A stretch of 32,000 nucleotides of DNA from Candidatus Heimdallarchaeota archaeon (GTDB lineage Archaea; Asgardarchaeota; Heimdallarchaeia; Heimdallarchaeales; Kariarchaeaceae): NCBI GenBank assembly GCA_030149205.1, contig JASBSB010000001.1, forward strand, positions 963,518-995,517, in the 5' to 3' direction. The notes under the pieces are model-generated. The model did not search any database. It saw only the letters and a program-made list of their open reading frames with translations, and was not told the DNA's origin. Positions 18,310 through 27,413 of this stretch are shown here, piece after piece; position 1 is the stretch's first letter; each line of letters opens with the position of its first letter. Made by a program: the position numbers and the translations under genes.

Positions 18310-19746
18310 ATGATTGATTGGTTTAACCTTTATCCAATTACCTCCAATAAAACATACCTCATATCTTCTAACCAGTCATACACCTACAAAGAAATTGAAC
18401 ACATGATAAATGAATTAATCAAACAAATGGAGATAAACAATTTACCTCCCGGATCGAGAGTTGCTATTTTGTTAAATAACTCTCTAGAATACATCCTTAT
18501 TATTTTTTGTTTAATCAAAGCCCAGATCCCCATCATTTTTTTAAACTCAAAAAATTCATTAGAAGTTAATTTAAACCAGCTTTCAGATGGACAAGCGACT
18601 CATCTCATTAGCTCCAATGAATTTGTTCCAAAAGATTCAGATTTGATTACTAGCTTATCAAACTTTAATAGTTTGACTCTTTTAAGGATAGCAAATTCTG
18701 ACAAGAAAATCCTTAAACCTCTGGCTCCTAACACCCAATTTATTTTGTTCACTTCTGGCACCTCTGGAAAATCAAAAGCCACCCAACTTACTTTAGAAAA
18801 TTTTTATCAAAGTGCTTTAACTTCCTCTCATAGATTAAAATATACAGAAAAAGACTCTTGGGTATTGACACTCCCCTTATACCATGTGGGAGGGTTAAGT
18901 ATTGTTTTGAGGTCTTTAATATTCAACATGACTGTTGTTTTAGTTGATCAGTTTGATTTGAAAACTATCAAAGAGGTGTCTGAGCAAAATTCACCTAGTA
19001 TTATTTCTCTGGTTCCAACCATGCTTCACAGGATTTTAATCTCAGAAAAGCCAGAGTATTTACGGAGTTACAGGGTGATTCTTGTGGGTGGAGCAAGAAC
19101 CCCCAATAATTTAATAAAACTGTCAAAAGAGCATAATCTAAATATTTTTGTCACCTACGGAATGACTGAAGCAAGCTCCCAAGTTGCAACAGCAATCCCA
19201 GAAGAGGTTTTTCAAGATCCAGAGACTGTAGGGATGTTACTGGAAAAGCTGGATGCTAAATTGGTCAACAAGATAGATGAGAACGTGGGAGAGCTTTGCA
19301 TCAAAGGACCACAGGTTATGAGAGGATACTTTAATGAGAGCTTCAGTGGTATTGATAATGAGGGTTGGTTTAACACTGGAGATTTAGCTTCAATTTCAGA
19401 TAATGGTTTTCTATACATTCAAGTCCGTAGAACTGACCTGATTGTCTGTGGTGGAGAAAACATTTATCCAAAGGAAATAGAAAGATTTGTTCTAGGGTTT
19501 AAGGATATAGAAGATTGTTTAGTGTTTGGATTGCCAGATGCTGAATGGGGGCAAATCGTTGCAATGGCAATTGAGACTCAAATGGAGATGGACCTTTCAG
19601 ACCTCAAATCAAAAATTGGCTTAAATCTAGGGACGTTTAAAAAACCACGACGGATTTACTCATTTAAAATATTTCCCAGATTTGAGTCTGGTAAACTTGA
19701 CACAAGTAAACTGTTGAAACTAATAAAGAATAAGAATCAGACCTAA
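18310..19746 (+). CDS. menE: o-succinylbenzoate--CoA ligase-like AMP-dependent ligase
   Basis: ILFTSGTSGKSK, LPLYHVGGLSI, ISLVPTML, YGMTEASSQV, WFNTGDL, GGENIYPKEIE; adjacent to menA. Confidence 0.8.
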   Translation: MIDWFNLYPITSNKTYLISSNQSYTYKEIEHMINELIKQMEINNLPPGSRVAILLNNSLEYILIIFCLIKAQIPIIFLNSKNSLEVNLNQLSDGQATHLISSNEFVPKDSDLITSLSNFNSLTLLRIANSDKKILKPLAPNTQFILFTSGTSGKSKATQLTLENFYQSALTSSHRLKYTEKDSWVLTLPLYHVGGLSIVLRSLIFNMTVVLVDQFDLKTIKEVSEQNSPSIISLVPTMLHRILISEKPEYLRSYRVILVGGARTPNNLIKLSKEHNLNIFVTYGMTEASSQVATAIPEEVFQDPETVGMLLEKLDAKLVNKIDENVGELCIKGPQVMRGYFNESFSGIDNEGWFNTGDLASISDNGFLYIQVRRTDLIVCGGENIYPKEIERFVLGFKDIEDCLVFGLPDAEWGQIVAMAIETQMEMDLSDLKSKIGLNLGTFKKPRRIYSFKIFPRFESGKLDTSKLLKLIKNKNQT

Positions 19747-19827
19747 ATTTACCTAACTTGTCCATAATTATTAATTTGCAACCCTAGCCCTAAGACACAT
19801 TTAATTATCTTTAATCCAATCAAACAT

Positions 19828-20610
19828 ATGGAATTTTTAGATTCAATAGGTAAGAAACTAAGATATAGAAGATTTGTTGATCAAGAGTCAGGTGCTATTA
19901 TAGCAGTCCCAATGGATCATGGCTTTACTCTCGGCCCTATCTCAGGGTTAAAGAACATCTCAAAAACAACTAATGCAGTTATCAAAGGGGGTGCTACCTG
20001 TGTGGTTGTTCATAAGGGCAATATACGGAATATAGCAACTCTACCCCCTGATAAAGGTATCATAATTCATGTATCTGGTTCAGTTAATTCATCACCTCAT
20101 TCAAATCAGAAGGTACTGACAGGTGGAGTTGAAGATGTTCTTAGGTTAGGAGCTGACGGTATTTCGACCCATGTCAATGTTGGTGCAACTGGGGATAAGG
20201 ACATGATTGCAGATCTTGCAAAGATTAGTTCCGATGCAAGCAAATTTGGAGTGCCAGTATTAGCAATGATGTATGCAAGGAATGATGATGGTATGACCTC
20301 CACTGATGTCTCTTCACTTGCACACCTTGCAAGATTAGCTGAGGAAGCTGGTGCAGATATCGTTAAGGTAAATGCATCTAAACTGGGAAAGGGATTTGAT
20401 GAGGTGGTGCAAGGAACAAACATACCTGTAATTATTGCAGGGGGAGACAAAACCAGCAACTTTGAGACATTTTTAAACACAGTCAAATCATGTGTTGAGT
20501 TAGGTGCAAGTGGAGTATCCATTGGGAGAAATATCTTCCAACAAGAAAATCCTGAACAGGCCATATCAAGGGTTATTTCTGTTGTCAGAGAAGCGATGAG
20601 GGAGAGATAA
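19828..20610 (+). CDS. aroA': 2-amino-3,7-dideoxy-D-threo-hept-6-ulosonate synthase (AroA', class I aldolase)
   Basis: VPMDHG, VHKG, LGADGISTHVNVG, AMMYAR, EAGADIVK, IAGG, GVSIGRNIFQ; directly upstream of DHQ synthase II. Confidence 0.88.
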   Translation: MEFLDSIGKKLRYRRFVDQESGAIIAVPMDHGFTLGPISGLKNISKTTNAVIKGGATCVVVHKGNIRNIATLPPDKGIIIHVSGSVNSSPHSNQKVLTGGVEDVLRLGADGISTHVNVGATGDKDMIADLAKISSDASKFGVPVLAMMYARNDDGMTSTDVSSLAHLARLAEEAGADIVKVNASKLGKGFDEVVQGTNIPVIIAGGDKTSNFETFLNTVKSCVELGASGVSIGRNIFQQENPEQAISRVISVVREAMRER

Positions 20611-20612
20611 AC

Positions 20613-21626
20613 TTGCCATCTCAATTTCTTTTAGATACAGAATCAGAATCATTTTCTGAACTTTTGGAGACCATTTACACTAAGGTACAAGGAGTCATTA
20701 CAAGGGATAATGAGATACTGGATTCTAAAGGTCTACCAGTGTATCAGGTTAAAAATCATAGTATCATGGCAGACTCTGGATTGATTGGAAAAGTTGTAGA
20801 GATCAATTCCAACAGTGATATGCAAGAAATCATGGGGTGGGAACCTGAGGATAGTATTCAGATACTACTGATCAAAACCTCTGACTGGAGAATCATTCCT
20901 ATAGAGAATCTTATTGCTAAGTTTCATAGGCTGGGGGTAAAACTAGGGGCTTGGGCAAATTCTGTTGAAGAGATAAAACTTCTTGAAAACATCCTAGAGC
21001 TAGGTGTGGATCAGGTTGTTCTAAAAGTAACAGACACGGTAAGAACGGATATAGAAAAATATCTTGCTGCTTCTGCTTCAGACAAGATTGAGCTAATTGA
21101 CCTTGAGGTAGAATCAGTGGAAAGAATTGGAAACGGAGATAGAGTTTGTGTTGATACCTGTGCCCTCTTAAAAAAAGGAGAGGGGCTTTTGATCGGAGTA
21201 ACCAGCAAATTATTCGCTCTGATTCAGGCAGAAGTTGAAGATTCAGGCTATGTAAACCCAAGGCCCTTTAGAGTCAATGCTGGTCCACTTTCAGCATATG
21301 TCTTGGGAGGGGATAAAACCAACTATCTTTCAGAGCTAAAAGCAGGGAGTCAAGTGACTGTGGTTTCAAAAACTGGAGAAACCAGAAAAGAGTTAGTTGC
21401 AAGAGTCAAGATTGAGAGACGTCCAATGTTACTGTTGAGATTGAAAGTAAACAATACTGAGGCTCCACTCATACTCCAGGATGCTGAGACTGTAAAGCTC
21501 ATCACCTCCAAAGGAGATTCCGTAAGTGCTGGAGACCTTAAGAAAGGGGATCTCATCAAAGGTGCTTTGAAAGAATTCGGTCGCCACTTTGGAATGGAAG
21601 TAGATGAATTTATTGAGGAAAGATAA
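20613..21626 (+). CDS. aroB': 3-dehydroquinate synthase II (AroB')
   Basis: GDRVCVDTC, RPFRVNAG, YLSEL, VKIERRP, LQDAETV, RHFG; TTG start 2 nt after the previous stop. Confidence 0.93.
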   Translation: MPSQFLLDTESESFSELLETIYTKVQGVITRDNEILDSKGLPVYQVKNHSIMADSGLIGKVVEINSNSDMQEIMGWEPEDSIQILLIKTSDWRIIPIENLIAKFHRLGVKLGAWANSVEEIKLLENILELGVDQVVLKVTDTVRTDIEKYLAASASDKIELIDLEVESVERIGNGDRVCVDTCALLKKGEGLLIGVTSKLFALIQAEVEDSGYVNPRPFRVNAGPLSAYVLGGDKTNYLSELKAGSQVTVVSKTGETRKELVARVKIERRPMLLLRLKVNNTEAPLILQDAETVKLITSKGDSVSAGDLKKGDLIKGALKEFGRHFGMEVDEFIEER

Positions 21627-21632
21627 TCGGTT

Positions 21633-23123
21633 ATGATAGCTGGAATAGTTGACTCAATTGAACTTGTCAAATCTGATATCTCAGATAACAATCTTTTGGA
21701 ATTTAGAATTGATCTGAACTCTGAGCTGATCTCAAAGATCAGTGAAGCACCTCAGGATCAAGTAATCTTGACTTACAGAAGCATAGATGAAGGAGGGAGA
21801 GGAGAAGAATCTGACAGATATAAGATACTCTCTGAATTAAGTCGAATTCCCACAGGTTTTATTGATCTTGAGATCTCGAGGGATGCAAAATTCCTAGCAG
21901 AAAAAATGTATGAAATTGTTCAACCAAACATCATCCTCTCTTCCCACCAGTACCTGAAACCTATGCGAGAAACATACTTAAAGTTCAAAGAAAGTATTAA
22001 AACATTTATTTTGAATGTTTTAGGTGAAGAGGATGAGAATAAACAGCTACCTCAACTCATTAAAAGTATAGAGAAAACGTTGCACAAGAAAATTATCATA
22101 AAGTTTGTTGGAGACCCCATCGACACTGTTGATTATCTGAAGACCTATGACATCATGAGTAAGCACTTTGAAAGGATTATCTGCTTAGGATTAAATAATT
22201 TTGCTCACATAGGTCGAACTGCAAATAGAAAACTAAACCAATATCTCATCTTTGCATCTTTGAATCAATCACAGAGATTCCCTTCCGTCACCGAGCTAAA
22301 CAATCTGGTAGAATTAAATGGAGCCTTTACAGGGTTAATTGGAGATCCAATAGAACATTCACTGTCTCCTCTCATTCACAATCAACTCTTTGAATCGCTA
22401 AATTTGTCAGGATACTATCATCTACTTAAGGTAAACTCCTCAGAAGACTTGGGGTACCTCATAAACAAGCTACAGCTATTAGACTTTACAGGAACAAACG
22501 TTACAATTCCCTACAAGGAGGATATTATTCAACATATTGACTCTCTCTATAAAGAGGCGGAGGAGCTAATGTCAGTAAATACCATTAAATTTGAAAAAAG
22601 GAGAATTAAGGGTTATAACACTGACTGTTCAGGATTTTCTACATTCTTGAGATCCCATGGTTTAGAAAAAAGTCAGACAGCCCTTGTTTATGGGGCAGGA
22701 GGTGCCTCAAAAGCTGTGATTTATTCGCTACTGAAAGAAAATATTGAAGTTACCCTAGTTAACAGAAGCTTAGAGAGAGCAGAAACCTTGAAAGAAACAT
22801 TTAAAGGAAAAATCATGGTGTCTTCCAAAGAACAATCACAAAAACAGAGCTATGATTTATTTGTAAATTGTACACCATTAGGAAGAACTGGTGATATTAG
22901 TGCCATCCCTGAATTTGGAACGTTTAACTCAGCAATGATTGACCTTTCATATTCAACCAAGAAAACAGGTACTGTTAAACTTGCGGAGAAATTAAATTTA
23001 CAAAGCTTTGACGGTAAAGAAATGCTGTTTCATCAAGCAGTAGATTCATTTGAAATCTGGTTCGATAAAGAAGTAGATAGAGAACCTTTACTTGACAAAT
23101 TTTTGAAGGAGGTGTCACAATGA
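21633..23123 (+). CDS. aroDE: Type I 3-dehydroquinate dehydratase / shikimate dehydrogenase fusion (AroD-AroE)
   Basis: N-terminal: LEFRID, LTYRSIDEGG, IDLE, ILSSH, IIK. C-terminal: GDPIEHSLSP, NVTIPYK, VNT, NTD, GAGGAS. Confidence 0.87.
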   Translation: MIAGIVDSIELVKSDISDNNLLEFRIDLNSELISKISEAPQDQVILTYRSIDEGGRGEESDRYKILSELSRIPTGFIDLEISRDAKFLAEKMYEIVQPNIILSSHQYLKPMRETYLKFKESIKTFILNVLGEEDENKQLPQLIKSIEKTLHKKIIIKFVGDPIDTVDYLKTYDIMSKHFERIICLGLNNFAHIGRTANRKLNQYLIFASLNQSQRFPSVTELNNLVELNGAFTGLIGDPIEHSLSPLIHNQLFESLNLSGYYHLLKVNSSEDLGYLINKLQLLDFTGTNVTIPYKEDIIQHIDSLYKEAEELMSVNTIKFEKRRIKGYNTDCSGFSTFLRSHGLEKSQTALVYGAGGASKAVIYSLLKENIEVTLVNRSLERAETLKETFKGKIMVSSKEQSQKQSYDLFVNCTPLGRTGDISAIPEFGTFNSAMIDLSYSTKKTGTVKLAEKLNLQSFDGKEMLFHQAVDSFEIWFDKEVDREPLLDKFLKEVSQ

Positions 23124-23995
23124 AAAGCATCACTTCTCGAACAGGTAGTGCTATCACAGTACTGAATGCCATGAAAAGTGGAATAGGTGCAGCAATCGGC
23201 ATAAGAGAGTATACAGATGTAAGGATAGAAGAAGGAGAGGGAATTTCTTTCAATATAAATCCAAGCCTTAATGATTTCAGGCTTGTTGAGGCAATAATTA
23301 ATGAATATCAAACCCAGACAGGAGTAAAGATTGAGAACATCACAATACAAACTGATGCACCATTCCCTCCTGCAATGGGGATGAAAACTTCGAGTTCTGT
23401 CGCAAATGGATTAATTGAGGCACTCAACAGATATTTTGGAATCGAGATGGAAACAAATAAGTTAATCGGAATTGGTGCTGAAGCATCAATCAACGCAGGA
23501 GTTTCAATAACTGGAGCTTTTGATGATGCTTATGCCAGCTACCTTGGTGGTTTAGCTTACACTAACAATGAGAAAAGGGAGCTGCTAGGGCTATTTTCTG
23601 CACCTGAAAATTATGATGTGGTGCTTTTGTTACCAGACTACCCGATCCCTAAAGTCTTACTCAAGAACGTAATCCAATTGGTAGATGATGGACTGATCGA
23701 AGAGGCAAGAGAATCATTTGAAAAAAGACGACTTGTTGAGGCAATACAATACAATACAGCTGCATACGCCTCTGTATTTTTGCCTGATCCTGACATCATA
23801 ACCAGATTAGAAGAGTTAAGTTGTGAGGTGATAGGACTAAATGGTGGTGGACCAGCAATGTTTGCTATAACCAAACCAAAGGTCACAGAAAGGTTTGTAG
23901 AAGAGGCAAAAGAGCTGATGCCAGAGTTGGTCTTATTAAAAACCACTTTTAGAAAATTGAACCGTGGAAAATTAAGGAGCTCGCCAGATGATTAA
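23120..23995 (+). CDS. aroK: Archaeal shikimate kinase (GHMP kinase family)
   Basis: AITVLNA...GIGAAIGI, PPAMGMKTSSSVAN, ITGAFDDA, GLNGGGPA; SD GGAGGTG upstream; ATGA overlap. Confidence 0.92.
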   Translation: MKSITSRTGSAITVLNAMKSGIGAAIGIREYTDVRIEEGEGISFNINPSLNDFRLVEAIINEYQTQTGVKIENITIQTDAPFPPAMGMKTSSSVANGLIEALNRYFGIEMETNKLIGIGAEASINAGVSITGAFDDAYASYLGGLAYTNNEKRELLGLFSAPENYDVVLLLPDYPIPKVLLKNVIQLVDDGLIEEARESFEKRRLVEAIQYNTAAYASVFLPDPDIITRLEELSCEVIGLNGGGPAMFAITKPKVTERFVEEAKELMPELVLLKTTFRKLNRGKLRSSPDD

Positions 23996-25265
23996 AGTTT
24001 ACCCATCTAAACTATCAGGAACCATTAACCCCCCACCAAGCAAAAGCGTGACTCATCGAGCATTAATCCTTGCTGGGATGTGTCAGGCAGGATCGACAAT
24101 CACTAACAAGTTAGATGGAGAGGACACTAATGCAACTCAAGCGGTTTTAGAGAGGATGGGGATGTTATTTAAGGAGTTTTCAACTAATCGACTCTATGTA
24201 TCCAACGTAATTCAACATGGAGCTGGAATGGCAGATTGTAAAAATTCAGGCACGACAATCAGACTCTTAACTGCAGTGCATGGCAATCTTACTGAAAAGA
24301 CGACTCTAACTGGAGACAGTTCGTTATTAACACGACCTATGCAAGACCTTACACAATCTCTAAGAAACATTGGTATAGAAATAGAAGATACAGATGGAAA
24401 ACCACCAGTGACAATCTCTGGAAAAAGGAGAGAGGGAAATCAAATAATCGATATTGAGGGCAACAAAAGCTCACAATTTATCTCTGGGCTTGCCTTATAT
24501 GCAGCAATGAGACCAAACAAATCAGTTACTTCTATTCGGATACTTAACAAACTAAGCTCTAAACCTTATCTTGATCTCACTCTTAAAATGTTAGAAGAAA
24601 TTGGCACTGACATCTCATGGTCTGATGATAGAACTCTGAAGGTGATCAGTAGGTACCCCTATATGAAACATGATTTTTATGTACCACCGGATGCCAGCTC
24701 TGCTGCATTCTTTCTTGGAGCTGGGGTGTTGCGAGACAACAAAGTTACTGTTGAAGGAAATTTCTCAAGGTATCATCAGGCAGATTACCAGTTAATTGAA
24801 ATATTACAACAGTTAGGGGTAAATCTAGAATTCGAGAACTACAAAATTATTATTACTGGCAGCAAACTTATTGGTGCAGATATAGATTTAAGCAATGCAC
24901 CAGATTTATTCCCAATTGTTTGTGTAATTGCAAGTTTTGCAGAAGGAAAATCTCACATTTATGGTGCAAGCCATTTAAAGTATAAGGAGACAAACAGAAT
25001 TAAGACAACTGCTGCACTCATAAAAGGAATTGGTGGAATGATAGAAGAAAAAGAAGATGGGGCAATTATCACAGGACAAAAGACCCTTAAAGGGGGTACA
25101 GAGATAGATTCGTTTGGTGATCATAGGATAGCCATGGCTGCAGCAATCGCTGGAACTGCAACTGATGAGCCAGTGACAATAATTGATGAAGAATGTGTGG
25201 CTGTTTCATACAGGGATTTTTTTATGGATTTACAACACATAGGAGGAAAGGTTGAGGAAGTATGA
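23988..25265 (+). CDS. aroA: 3-phosphoshikimate 1-carboxyvinyltransferase (EPSP synthase)
   Basis: PPSKSVTHR, NSGTTIR, LLTRPM, SSQFISG, APDLFP, KETNR, DHRIAM. Confidence 0.95.
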   Translation: MIKVYPSKLSGTINPPPSKSVTHRALILAGMCQAGSTITNKLDGEDTNATQAVLERMGMLFKEFSTNRLYVSNVIQHGAGMADCKNSGTTIRLLTAVHGNLTEKTTLTGDSSLLTRPMQDLTQSLRNIGIEIEDTDGKPPVTISGKRREGNQIIDIEGNKSSQFISGLALYAAMRPNKSVTSIRILNKLSSKPYLDLTLKMLEEIGTDISWSDDRTLKVISRYPYMKHDFYVPPDASSAAFFLGAGVLRDNKVTVEGNFSRYHQADYQLIEILQQLGVNLEFENYKIIITGSKLIGADIDLSNAPDLFPIVCVIASFAEGKSHIYGASHLKYKETNRIKTTAALIKGIGGMIEEKEDGAIITGQKTLKGGTEIDSFGDHRIAMAAAIAGTATDEPVTIIDEECVAVSYRDFFMDLQHIGGKVEEV

Positions 25266-26353
25266 ATACCTTTGGCACAGTGTTTCGAACAACATTAATA
25301 GGTTCCTCACATGGAAACCTGGTTGGAGTGATCATCGAGGGTATCCCTCCCAACTTAGAGATAGATATATCAAATATAGAGACCTTTCTGGCAAGACGGG
25401 CACCAGGGCAGTCTAAAGTAACTACAAGAAGAAAAGAAAAGGATAAACTCATTGTCGAAGCTGGATTGTTCAAACAGAGAACCACCGGTGAACCATTTGT
25501 TGCTTTTGTAAGAAACTCTGATGTGGACTCAAGCTACTATGAAGAGATTAAGGACACGCCACGTCCAGGACACGCAGACTATCCCGCTTTTGTCAAATTT
25601 GAAGGTGCTAATGATTACAGAGGTGGAGGAAGATTTTCTGGCAGGATGACTATTGGGTTGGTTATTGCTGGAACTATTGCAAAACAGCTGCTGAAACAGG
25701 TTGGAATTGATGTACGTGCATACACCAAAGAGATTGCAGGTCTTGAATCTGAAGTCATCAACACCACTGAAGATTATATTTACTCTGAACAGAATATCGT
25801 TCGCGTCCCTGATAATGAAATGATTGAAAGTGTCACCAATGCAATTATGAAAGCCCGAAAGGATGGGGACAGCGTTGGTGGAATTGTTGAATGCACCATT
25901 AACAATTTACCCGTTGGTGTTGGAGAACCCATCTTTGATTCAATTGAAAGTAAGCTCTCACACATCATGTTTAGCATTCCAGCTGTAAAGGGAGTTGAGT
26001 TTGGATCTGGATTCAATGCTGCAAGGATGAAAGGAAGTGAGCATAACGATGAATATTTTTATAATGAATCTCAACAGATTCGAACCAAAACCAACAATGC
26101 AGGAGGAATCTTAGGAGGAATTAGCAATGGAATGCCAGTCGTCTTTAGAGTGGCATTCAAACCTACATCATCCATCCCCAAAATTCAGACAACTGTTAAT
26201 CTTCAAGAAAAGGGAAAACTCGAGAGCCTTAAGGTAAGAGGAAGGCATGACCCATGTATTGTTCCTCGTGCGGTTCCTGTGGTTGAGTGTTGTGCTGCAA
26301 TTGCAATCTACGACTTAATGTTACAAGGAGGTATAACGACACATGCAGACTAA
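25262..26353 (+). CDS. aroC: Chorismate synthase
   Basis: GSSHG, RPGHADY, RGGGRFSGRMT, DGDSVGG, NNAGGILGGISNG, FKPTSS, GRHDPC. Confidence 0.96.
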   Translation: MNTFGTVFRTTLIGSSHGNLVGVIIEGIPPNLEIDISNIETFLARRAPGQSKVTTRRKEKDKLIVEAGLFKQRTTGEPFVAFVRNSDVDSSYYEEIKDTPRPGHADYPAFVKFEGANDYRGGGRFSGRMTIGLVIAGTIAKQLLKQVGIDVRAYTKEIAGLESEVINTTEDYIYSEQNIVRVPDNEMIESVTNAIMKARKDGDSVGGIVECTINNLPVGVGEPIFDSIESKLSHIMFSIPAVKGVEFGSGFNAARMKGSEHNDEYFYNESQQIRTKTNNAGGILGGISNGMPVVFRVAFKPTSSIPKIQTTVNLQEKGKLESLKVRGRHDPCIVPRAVPVVECCAAIAIYDLMLQGGITTHAD

Positions 26354-27410
26354 GAAGAAGGTAGTGGTATTAGGAGGAACTGGACTTATTGGACAACAGT
26401 TTATTAGAATGCTTAGTAACCATCCAATGTTTGAGCTGGTCGGAATTTATGCCTCTGAAAGATCCACAGGAACTGACCTTAAAGATATTTGGAGATTACC
26501 ACATACTGAGTGTCCCGAGGAGTTCAAAAATTTGATCATCCAAAATCTGGACACCCTGAATCCTGAGGATTTTCAGGTGTGTTTCTCTGGCCTACCAAGC
26601 AGTATTGCTGGAGAGCTTGAGGATAATCTGAGGATCAGAGGAAAAGCCGTCTTCAGCAATGCATCCTCTCACAGGATGGATGAGGATGTCCCTATACTCA
26701 TCCCCGAGATTAACAGCGAGCAGATTAGACAGATAGAGTTACAGAGAAAGAGATATAACACAGAAGGATTCATCATAACAAATTCAAATTGTTCCATATC
26801 GGGTGTAGCAATTTTTTTGGATGCATTAAGAAAAATCGTTAGTTTTGATGAAGCATTCGTTTCCACGTATCAAGCCACCTCAGGTGCTGGATTTGCAGGC
26901 CTTGAGAACAAAAGTTTTACGGATAATGTCTATCCTTTCATCCGTTCTGAAGAGGAAAAGATGAATGAGGAGGGTAAGAAGATCCTTGGACATCTTACAG
27001 ATGAATTGAGGATTGATCCATATCCAGTGAAAATCATAGCCCAGTGCCTTCGTGTTCCCGTGATAGAGGGACATACTGCTACAATCACCATACCACTGAA
27101 GTTTAACGGGACGAAGGAGGACATAATCAATGCACTTCGAAACTACAACTCACCTTTACAACTTACCACACATACCGTAGCCCCACGCAACCCCATCATT
27201 GTTTTTAATGAGGAAGACAGACCTCAACCAATCCTTGATTCTTATATTGGTACTCCAAATCCAGCAAAGGGAATGGGTGTAGGTGTAGGAAGAATCCGTT
27301 ATCAGGATGGTTACCTCAAAGCAATTGTCTTGGCTCATAACACAATTCGTGGTGGTGCTGGTGGGTCAATTCTCAATGCTGAGCTTGCTGTCATCCAGGG
27401 GTACATCTAA
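26343..27410 (+). CDS. asd: Aspartate-semialdehyde dehydrogenase (archaeal type)
   Basis: LGGTGLIGQ, SNASSHRM, NSNCS (catalytic Cys), YQATSGAG, RVPVIEGH, HNTIRGGAGG. Confidence 0.94.
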   Translation: MQTKKKVVVLGGTGLIGQQFIRMLSNHPMFELVGIYASERSTGTDLKDIWRLPHTECPEEFKNLIIQNLDTLNPEDFQVCFSGLPSSIAGELEDNLRIRGKAVFSNASSHRMDEDVPILIPEINSEQIRQIELQRKRYNTEGFIITNSNCSISGVAIFLDALRKIVSFDEAFVSTYQATSGAGFAGLENKSFTDNVYPFIRSEEEKMNEEGKKILGHLTDELRIDPYPVKIIAQCLRVPVIEGHTATITIPLKFNGTKEDIINALRNYNSPLQLTTHTVAPRNPIIVFNEEDRPQPILDSYIGTPNPAKGMGVGVGRIRYQDGYLKAIVLAHNTIRGGAGGSILNAELAVIQGYI

Positions 27411-27413
27411 AGT

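Noticed and set aside
19781-19793. ACCCTAGCCCTAA, a telomere-like hexamer pair
   Set aside because: Two imperfect copies only; expected by chance.
19828-20610. Call as fructose-bisphosphate aldolase
   Set aside because: Same family, but direct adjacency to DHQ synthase II, asd and aspartokinase favours ADH synthase (AroA').
20106-27338. Many antisense or alternative-frame ORFs within the aro genes (e.g. 20106-20624, 20917-21261, 21350-21691, 22975-23350, 25222-25485, 26669-27338)
   Set aside because: Expected by-products of codon bias on the opposite strand of conserved enzymes; no independent evidence.
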